This document shows positions 20,792 to 28,626 of a stretch of 32,000 nt of DNA, piece by piece. A program made the translations under genes and the position numbers. The notes under the pieces were generated by a model. It worked only from the letters and a program-made list of their open reading frames with translations. It searched no databases and was not told the origin of the DNA. Source of the DNA: a cyanobacterium endosymbiont of Epithemia turgida isolate EtSB Lake Yunoko (GTDB lineage: Bacteria > Cyanobacteriota > Cyanobacteriia > Cyanobacteriales > Microcystaceae); the NCBI RefSeq assembly GCF_000829235.1, contig NZ_AP012549.1:1710001-1742000 (forward strand), written 5' to 3'. How positions within the stretch are numbered: the stretch's first letter is position 1; each line of letters opens with the position of its first letter.

Positions 20792-21712
20792 ATAGCTTTA
20801 TTTCCTATTCCTAATTGGGCGGCTGCAGGATAGGAACCTGGAAAAACGATAATAATGAGTGCAGAAATAATTGCGATCAGATGAAATCTTCTATTTTAAT
20901 CTTCTGACTAAGATAAATAAAAGACGGTATCTCAATTGGTCGCCTCTAGAATTTTTCGTAATTCGTAATTATTTAAAAATAAATAAGCAAGCCAGATAAT
21001 TACTGATTGCCAAACCTAGAGTCAGCAACAAAAAGTAAGTTCCTATTTTGTAAGCAAAACTTACTTGACCGACGAGCAATCAGCTATTTTGACTTTTAGC
21101 CATAACGAATCAAATAGTTTAAAGGTTGAAATTGTGACTAGCTAGTAAGTAAACTTAAATAGCTTTCTATGCTTAATTCCCTTACAATTGCTTGATTACG
21201 GGAGTTGGGCAATAAACTAGCTGATAATAACATACGTTTATCCCCAAAAAACTCATAATTGACCAGTTAATTGAGTTATAAACAAAGGACGTCAAAATAA
21301 TATCTTCCGTTGTTCCTAGGAAGGATAAAGGCTAAGGCGATCACTCGATAATCATTGAATTACTATGAAATCTTTCATTAGCCTTTAGTTGAACCAGAAC
21401 AAATTAAAGGTTAATACTGGTGGTTCAAATTTTACCCGTTTACCAATGAAATTTTCACCAAAATAAGCATTAATATAAAAGGATATAAAGTGTTTTCTAA
21501 TACTTATCAGGAGATATATTCGATGATGAGTGATGAGGTCCCTCTATGGTTTGCAATCTACTGTCTAGGGTTAAATTAAGAAGGCTAACCAATGAGGATC
21601 AGTATTTTGCAGCAACGGGATATACTTAAAAAAGTTGGTCAGCTTGAGTTTTATGGTGAACCTATTGCCAATAGCGTGGAAGTGATTCAATGGATAAACT
21701 GTAGGGAGAATC

Positions 21713-22093
21713 ATGAGTAACATATCAAAATCTCAAACAGCCACAACTATGATGACTAGAAGGCCCCCATGGGGAACTGTAACTGTTTTAGAAAAGGGGA
21801 ATGGTTACTGCATCAATCGCATTGTAGTTCAACCTGGAGAGCATATCAGCACTCAAATGCACTATCATCGTAGTGAACATTGGATTGTTGTTTCAGGAAC
21901 TGCTAGGGTTATTTGTAATGAACAAGAAAAACTTCTCAAACAAAAAGAATCTACCTATGTTCCCATGAATACTCGTCACCGTATTGAAAATCCTGGAGTG
22001 ATTCCGTTGGTGATGATTGAAGTGCAAAATGGAGAATATTTGGAAGACGATGATATTATTCGTTTTTCAGGTTCTACTGAACTTATGGTGTAG
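21713..22093 (+). CDS. Cupin-domain protein of the type II mannose-6-phosphate isomerase (ManC C-terminal) family
   Basis: 126 aa. PWGTVTVLEKGNGYCINRIVVQPGEHISTQMHYHRSEHWIVVSGTA...STYVPMNTRHRIENPG..PLVMIEVQNGEYLEDDDIIRF matches the pattern RPWG.y......y.vKri.V.PG..lS.Q.H.hRsEHWvVV.GtA...s.yIP....HrleNpG..pL..IEVQ.G.YLgEDDIvR. Confidence 0.75.
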   Translation: MSNISKSQTATTMMTRRPPWGTVTVLEKGNGYCINRIVVQPGEHISTQMHYHRSEHWIVVSGTARVICNEQEKLLKQKESTYVPMNTRHRIENPGVIPLVMIEVQNGEYLEDDDIIRFSGSTELMV

Positions 22094-22626
22094 GATTAAC
22101 CAGTGAAATACAAAGTTCATAAACTTCGGAGCTAGAAATTAACAAAATTTTTAGAGCCATAGGTTATCCTTTGAATCAACTTAACTTAAATTGATTATTA
22201 ATACTTTTTTCAATCCAATACCCAATTATTTCATAAATTTTTGAGGACAATAGACAAGCTTTTTAACACCAAATTAATTAATTAATTCTAATAATTTTAA
22301 TGGCCCGTCTTATTTTTTATCAAAAATATTTCGTCAATCTATTTTTATAATTATTTTTTTAAAAAGGCTTTCATGTTTTCTTGTTTCTATAATTTTATGA
22401 TATCAATCTCGAGAGAGACGGCTTTCTCTACCCAAAACGAATCTCTCATATTTAATTCATTAAATTCATAAAGTTTTCTGATAGCTCAACTATAATAATC
22501 ACAAGTTGCTGTTTGGTCTTAAGATCTTATTCATTGAATTTAGTTGAGTATTTAATGCTATTGATCTAAGCTAAGTAAAGCTGCCGATTCTAGCATGATT
22601 TGATTAAAATATAAAACCTGCTATGA

Positions 22627-22670
22627 TGCTAACCATTAAGCTTAGCGAAAGCTAAGCTTAATGGTTAGCA
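22627..22670. repeat. Perfect 20-bp inverted repeat closed by a GAAA tetraloop
   Basis: tgctaaccattaagcttagc (22627-22646), gaaa, gctaagcttaatggttagca (22651-22670). The arms are exact complements. Confidence 0.95.
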
Positions 22671-23036
22671 ATAATACTTGGTATTGATATTTTTATATTA
22701 TAAATTCGAAATTATTATTATTCAGAATAAATAGATAAATCCACTACTATGAGCTAGTACTATTCCCAACCTTCTCTTAAAAAAGTACTCAGCTATGATA
22801 TAAAATTTTATAGATTATAAAGTTGGTAAATTAATTTTATTTAAATTTAAATCTTTTTAACTAAACCGCAAAGTTAAATTAGAGAAATCAACAATTAACA
22901 GTACTCAAAACTATTTCTAGATGATTACTAAATCATACAAAAATTAAACAACAATTCTGATAATAAAGATTGTGTCCTAATTCTATCAGATTTATCTAAA
23001 TGTTAAACGTTGGTATTATTTTAACGAATATGAATT

Positions 23037-23096
23037 TATTTTTTCTGAATATCAATTAACTATTCAAAAATAGTTAATTGATATTCAGAAAAAATA
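23037..23096. repeat. Perfect 28-bp inverted repeat with a 4-nt loop
   Basis: tattttttctgaatatcaattaactatt (23037-23064), caaa, aatagttaattgatattcagaaaaaata (23069-23096). The arms are exact complements. Confidence 0.95.
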
Positions 23097-23413
23097 GTTG
23101 GTGGTACAATAATAACTTATCTTTAGGGATTGCTTTGAATTAACTATTTTTGATTAAAATCAGGGAATCCAGAAATATATTTAGAGTTAAAATAATGTTC
23201 CAAGTTTGTAAAAAAGGTTCGATGTTAACTTAAGGTAAAAAACAAATATATTGTTTATATTAAAAACAAACAAACTTTAAATAAGTTAATGTTAAAAAAT
23301 TTTCAACATCAACTTGATTTGATATCTCAAATACAATATCTTTAGATATAATAATTAATTATCACATGTAATTTCTTAAAAAACCATTTTTTTAAAAAAA
23401 TCTTTAAAGAACA

Positions 23414-25873
23414 ATGTCTACGGAACTATCAGATTGGATACGCTTAGATAAATCTCTCTCAATTGAAGCAGAAAGCGGTTACACTGACCTTCAAGGAAAT
23501 CAATATCGTTTTAGTAAATTTTTATGCCTTAATTTTGGTAAAACTCCTCCTCCAGGGACTTCTCTTAGCAATCGTAGTCACTGGCAGAATTTTGCAGTTA
23601 AATATGCTCAATATCCTAAATTATCTCTTTCTCAACGTCAGAATTTAATCAGCAAAACTCGACAGTTTTTATATGAACTTAAACTTTCGTTAGAAACTGC
23701 TGCTGAACCACCTCCTCCTAAATTACCGCAAATTGTTTCTGTGGCATATAAGCAAGCTTATCCCCACAAAGTTACTTTAGAGCAATCCCTTAGTACTTTA
23801 GCGGAAGTAGGACACAAAAAAGGCGAATTACTAAAAAGACTAGGATTGTTTACTGTTAAAGATATACTGTTTTATTATCCTCGTGATCATATTGACTATG
23901 CCCGTCAAGTAAGCATTTCTCATCTTAATCCAGGGGAAACAGTAACAGTAGTAGGAAGTGTGAGAGGATGTAATTGTTTTACCAGTCCCAAAAATAAAAA
24001 ATTGAGTATTTTTGAGTTAATTGTACGAGATAATACCGGAAAAATTAAACTCAATCGCTTTTTTGTAGGAACCAATTTTACTAATCGTAGTTGGCAAGAA
24101 AAACAAAAACTACTCTATCCTTTAGGCTCTATCATTGCTGCTTCAGGATTAGTCAAAAAGAATAAATATGGCGTTACTTTAGACAACCCAGAAATTGAAG
24201 TTTTAGATAGTTTTGGGGCAAGCATAGAATCGTTAAAAATTGGGCGTATTTTACCATTATATACCTTAAAAGAAGGTATTTCTGCTGACTTAATTAGACG
24301 GGTTCTTGTTAGTTGTTTAGGAGCAATCAAACAAATTAGAGATCCCCTTCCCGTAGCCTTAATAAATCAATACGGATTAATTAAATTAAAAGAGGCGATC
24401 ACTAATATTCATTTTCCTCAAACTACTGATCTTTTGACTCATGCCAGAAGACGGTTAGTTTTTGATGAATTCTTCTACTTACAAGTAGGATTTTTACAAC
24501 GTCGCCAAGAACAAAAAAAAATGAAAACCAGAATAGTTTTTGTTCCAAAAGGGAAATTAATAGAAGACTTTAATAAAATATTACATTTTACTTTAACCAG
24601 CTCACAAAAACGAGTAATTAATGAAATTTTAGATGATTTAAACTTATCAACTCCAATGAACCGCTTAGTACAAGGAGATGTAGGATCAGGAAAAACAATT
24701 GTTGCTGTTTTTGCTATATTAGCAGCTATTCAGTCTGGTTATCAAGTTGCTTTGATGGCTCCCACAGAAGTATTAGCAAAACAACATTATCTAAAATTAG
24801 TATCTTGGTTTAACCTTTTATATTTACCTGTTGAATTACTAACTGGCTCAACAAGAATAGCTAAAAGAAGAGAAATTTATAGTCAATTGATAACTGGAGA
24901 ATTACCTTTATTAGTGGGAACTCACGCTCTTATTCAAGACAAAGTAATCTTCAAAAGATTAGGGTTAGTAGTAATTGATGAACAGCATCGATTTGGGGTA
25001 AATCAACGGGCTAAATTATTAGCTAAAGGTGAATTTCCTCATGTTTTAACTATGACAGCTACTCCCATTCCTCGGACCTTATCATTGACTTTACATGGAG
25101 ATTTATATGTTAGTCAAATTGATGAATTACCTCCAGGAAGGCAGCCTGTTCAAACTATGGTATTAATTGGTAAAGAACGCACAAAAGCTTATGATTTAAT
25201 TCGGCGAGAAGTCGCTCAAGGAAGACAAGCTTATATTATTCTTCCCATGATTGAAGAATCAGAAAACTTAGATATTCGTGCTGCAGTAGAAGAACATAAA
25301 AGATTATCAGAAACTATTTTTTCTACGTTCAATATTGGATTACTACATGGCCGTATGAATTCAGTAGAAAAAGATCAAGTTTTAACTAATTTTCGAGATA
25401 ATAAAAACAAAATTATTATTTCAACGACGGTAATTGAAGTGGGTGTTGATGTACCTAATGCAACGGTAATGTTAATTGAAAATGCGGAACGGTTTGGACT
25501 GTCCCAACTACATCAATTAAGAGGAAGAGTAGGACGGGGTTCTCATAAATCCTATTGTTTTTTAATGAGTAATAGCAAAACTACTAATGCACGGCAACGG
25601 TTAAGTGTGTTAGAACAGTCCCAAGATGGTTTTTTTATCTCAGAAATGGATTTAAGATTTCGTGGACCAGGAAGTGTTTTGGGAACCCGTCAATCAGGAT
25701 TACCTGATTTTGCTTTAGCAAGTTTAGTTGAAGATCAAGAGATTTTGGTATTAGCCAGAACTGCTGCGGAAAAGATTGTTATAGCCGATAGTTATTTAGA
25801 AGAAATGCCATCTTTGAAAAAGGAATTAGAACAACGCTATAAAAAATTAATGGGAGCAAGTATATTAACATAA
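23414..25873 (+). CDS. recG: ATP-dependent DNA helicase RecG (long cyanobacterial form)
   Basis: 819 aa. A wedge/OB region is followed by a superfamily-2 helicase core: GDVGSGKT (Walker A), VIDEQHRFG, TATPIPRTL, QLHQLRGRVGRG, and the RecG TRG-type motif FRGPG..LGTRQSG. Confidence 0.95.
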   Translation: MSTELSDWIRLDKSLSIEAESGYTDLQGNQYRFSKFLCLNFGKTPPPGTSLSNRSHWQNFAVKYAQYPKLSLSQRQNLISKTRQFLYELKLSLETAAEPPPPKLPQIVSVAYKQAYPHKVTLEQSLSTLAEVGHKKGELLKRLGLFTVKDILFYYPRDHIDYARQVSISHLNPGETVTVVGSVRGCNCFTSPKNKKLSIFELIVRDNTGKIKLNRFFVGTNFTNRSWQEKQKLLYPLGSIIAASGLVKKNKYGVTLDNPEIEVLDSFGASIESLKIGRILPLYTLKEGISADLIRRVLVSCLGAIKQIRDPLPVALINQYGLIKLKEAITNIHFPQTTDLLTHARRRLVFDEFFYLQVGFLQRRQEQKKMKTRIVFVPKGKLIEDFNKILHFTLTSSQKRVINEILDDLNLSTPMNRLVQGDVGSGKTIVAVFAILAAIQSGYQVALMAPTEVLAKQHYLKLVSWFNLLYLPVELLTGSTRIAKRREIYSQLITGELPLLVGTHALIQDKVIFKRLGLVVIDEQHRFGVNQRAKLLAKGEFPHVLTMTATPIPRTLSLTLHGDLYVSQIDELPPGRQPVQTMVLIGKERTKAYDLIRREVAQGRQAYIILPMIEESENLDIRAAVEEHKRLSETIFSTFNIGLLHGRMNSVEKDQVLTNFRDNKNKIIISTTVIEVGVDVPNATVMLIENAERFGLSQLHQLRGRVGRGSHKSYCFLMSNSKTTNARQRLSVLEQSQDGFFISEMDLRFRGPGSVLGTRQSGLPDFALASLVEDQEILVLARTAAEKIVIADSYLEEMPSLKKELEQRYKKLMGASILT

Positions 25874-26887
25874 TGATTGTCGTATTAAAACATTTAATAA
25901 TTTAATGATACAGTTCTTTAATTTAACCAACTGTTGAGGAGCATGTTCAGCCTTATTAGCAGCTTTGTTGTTATTAACAATTGTTATAGGAGTCAATTTA
26001 TTGCCAGACATTGGATTGCTAATAACAAGACTATCATGGCTAAGCAGTATTATAAGTATTACGATTGAGTAGAGTATTTATTTTACTACTTTAAAACTTT
26101 TTGGGTACCTAGATAAGCTTTACTAATATAAATTTTTGCTTTGCTAATATTTGCATAAAGTAAGAAGGTATTAGAAGTTGTTAAACTCCTATTGGGGAGA
26201 GAGAAGTTAGGCGAAAACTATCAAAGTTACTGCTAGATTTAACTCCATTCCTAAAGTTATAATTTCCTTAGTGGATATACCAGAAAAACAAGGGATTATA
26301 TCATAATATTTTACTGCGATTATATAAGAAGTGATAAAAATCAAACTAACAATCATTTCTGAGATTGTTCCTTATCGCTTAGTTTATTGATTAAATTATC
26401 TTAAGAGAATAACTAAGAATAACCCCAATAGATACGGTCAAAAAAATTTTTAAAAATCCTCTGTACATTACTAAAGTAGTGATTTAAGTACCTAATTTAG
26501 CGACTTATGGAGTAGATATAATAATATTGCGGTCGATACTAATCTTACTTTTGTTATCGGGAGTTAACTAAATATAATATAACTAAATTAGTCCATTACT
26601 ATTTTTAGTTTTAAATTCTAATATTTTTTATAATTTGTAGAATATATAAAAAAATAAATAATATTTAAATTTAAAATATTTAATTGCACAAAAATTTTAA
26701 ATATTTTTTAAAAAGGTAAATTAATTTGGGAAATATAACAATCATAAATAAGTGCAGTAGTTAGTATTAACTACTAGCTTGGTACAGGTAATTAGTTTAT
26801 TTAAAGTCAACCTAAAAATAGTTTAAAAAATATAATCAAAAGGTAGTAAAATCGAGTAAAAACTATCATATTACTAGAAATATAGTA

Positions 26888-27001
26888 AAATATAAATATA
26901 AATATAAATATAAATATAAATATAAATATAAATATAAATATAAATATAAATATAAATATAAATATAAATATAAATATAAATATAAATATAAATATAAATA
27001 T
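26888..27001. repeat. Perfect hexanucleotide microsatellite (AAATAT)x19
   Basis: 114 nt of uninterrupted 6-nt periodicity, aaatat (equivalently tataaa), from 26888 to 27001. The phase breaks at 27004. Confidence 0.97.
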
Positions 27002-27561
27002 AATTTCACTAAGCTAATTTAGATAAAATATTAATAATATTAATATTTTCAATTGATGTTGTCAGTATAATATATTTTTTACTCTCATTTTCTAAATATA
27101 AAATGATTGTTTTTTTAGGTTTATTTGGAAAGACTTAATACTCAAAAGTGTTAGTGACTATAGCATCACTATTTAAAGTTATAATTATAAGTTTGATACT
27201 TTGTTTGACGTCTTTATGTTGTTTGAAAACTTTAATCAACATTCCATGAAAATATGGATAATGCATAACTATAAACAGTAGATACATCATAAGAAGAATT
27301 TAGATCAATTTACTTAACGCATCTAAAATATAAAAGTAGTTTTCATAAAATCCTGAAAAAGTCTAAAAAGATATGACTATACAAAGTTAGCTCAAAAAGT
27401 TTTACAAAAATTTATTTCGAGCAAAGAGTTTTTTAGATATTTATTAATTCTAGATAATTATACTTAACCGGAAAAAGTGGATTAAACTCCCTGTCAAAAT
27501 GACTTAAAATCAAGGTATATAATATTATAGGTTTGCCTAACAATTTTTTAATCAAAAATTA

Positions 27562-28053
27562 ATGAACAAAATTCAATGTGCGATTGCTTTAGGGAGTAAT
27601 TTAGGCAATTCTCTCAATATTTTAGAAAAAACTATCCAAATTTTTAACCAATTATCAGAAGTACATCTTAAATCCTATTCCCATTGGTATAAAAATATCC
27701 CCTTCGGACCTCCTCAACCAAATTATCTAAATGGTTGTGCTATTCTAGAAACCTACCTAGTTCCTGATAAGTTGTTAGAAACTTTACTCAAGATTGAACG
27801 ACAATGGGGACGAGTACACCAAGAAAGATGGGGACCAAGAACCCTAGACTTAGATTTACTATTGTATGGAGATTTAATTCTAAAAACTGATACGCTCCAA
27901 ATTCCTCATCCCCGTATGATACAACGGGGATTTGTCCTAATTCCTTTAGCAGAAATTTCTCCTGATTGGGTGCATCCTCTGAGTAAAAAGAAAATCGTCC
28001 AGCTTCTTGACGAGGTAGACTGTTCTGGAGTTAGTCTTTACCAACCCAATTAA
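27562..28053 (+). CDS. folK: 2-amino-4-hydroxy-6-hydroxymethyldihydropteridine pyrophosphokinase (HPPK)
   Basis: 163 aa. IALGSNLGNS, RWGPRTLDLDLLLYGD, LQIPHPRMIQRGFVLIPLAEI. Confidence 0.9.
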   Translation: MNKIQCAIALGSNLGNSLNILEKTIQIFNQLSEVHLKSYSHWYKNIPFGPPQPNYLNGCAILETYLVPDKLLETLLKIERQWGRVHQERWGPRTLDLDLLLYGDLILKTDTLQIPHPRMIQRGFVLIPLAEISPDWVHPLSKKKIVQLLDEVDCSGVSLYQPN

Positions 28054-28142
28054 CTGATATATAAATTCATGTTTGTCTTCAATGAATATCCTACCTATCT
28101 ACGGTAACGTCTATTTTATCATAGGTGCAAATTTAATTTTGA

Positions 28143-28598
28143 TGTTCATTTCTTTCCCTAGGTTTACATAATGGGGTTGAGGGGGATGGGGAATGTATTC
28201 GTCATCCAGGAGGAGCGTTGGCTGTTTCTGTTACATTAAAGAGTAAACTGGTCTTGGTTGAGTAGTACCGTTTTGTTGTAGAAGGACAATTATTAGAATT
28301 GATCGCTGAAATCTTAGAACTAGATGAAAAAGTATTAGAAACTATTAAACGTAAAATTCAAGGAGAGACGGTGTATCGTACTAATACCTAGTATTTATGA
28401 GGTAAATTTCTTTTAACTCCTGGTTATTCTGATGAGTATATTTATATTTTTTAGACACAGGATTTAGAAAAGTTAAAACACCTTCCAGAACAAGATGAAG
28501 AGGAATATACTGAAGTGGTGTTAATGACGTTTTCGGAATTTGAAATAGCTATCTTAAAAGGAGAACCTATTGAGGCTCAATCCATTAGCATTTTTTAA
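28143..28598 (+). pseudogene. Decayed NUDIX hydrolase (ADP-ribose pyrophosphatase, NudF-like)
   Basis: A single frame reads ...GECIRHPGGALAVSVTLKSKLVLVE*YRFVVEGQLLELIAEILELDEKVLETIKRKIQGETVYRTNT*YL*GKFLLTPGYSDEYIYIF*TQDLEKL...EEYTEVVLMTFSEFEIAILKGEPIEAQSISIF*. It follows the NudF pattern (E.v.H.gaVav......lv.QYR.....lLElpAG....E....aa.REl.EEtG......sPG.sdE....f.a......E.ie.......e....i..G.i.Dak.i). There are four internal stops and the NUDIX-box glutamates are eroded. Further N-terminal remnants may extend back to about 28070. Confidence 0.75.
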
Positions 28599-28626
28599 AA
28601 ACCACAACTATTCTTAGATAAGATCA

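Noticed and set aside
8001-23096. The inverted repeats as a MITE/IS or REP-like mobile family.
   Set aside because: The arms and loops share no sequence with one another. I saw no flanking direct repeats, no transposase or RAYT gene in the window, and each element is only 32-66 bp. Only a whole-genome search can fully exclude this.
26888-27001. The tandem repeat as a CRISPR array.
   Set aside because: The period is 6 nt with no spacers, and there are no cas genes. It is a simple microsatellite.
13223-28598. The idea that in-frame stops in the ABC, UDG-like and NUDIX loci reflect stop-codon reassignment or programmed readthrough rather than pseudogenisation.
   Set aside because: All three stop codons (TAA, TAG, TGA) occur internally. 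Intact neighbouring genes terminate normally on TAA or TGA. The affected loci also show eroded catalytic motifs and internal deletions.
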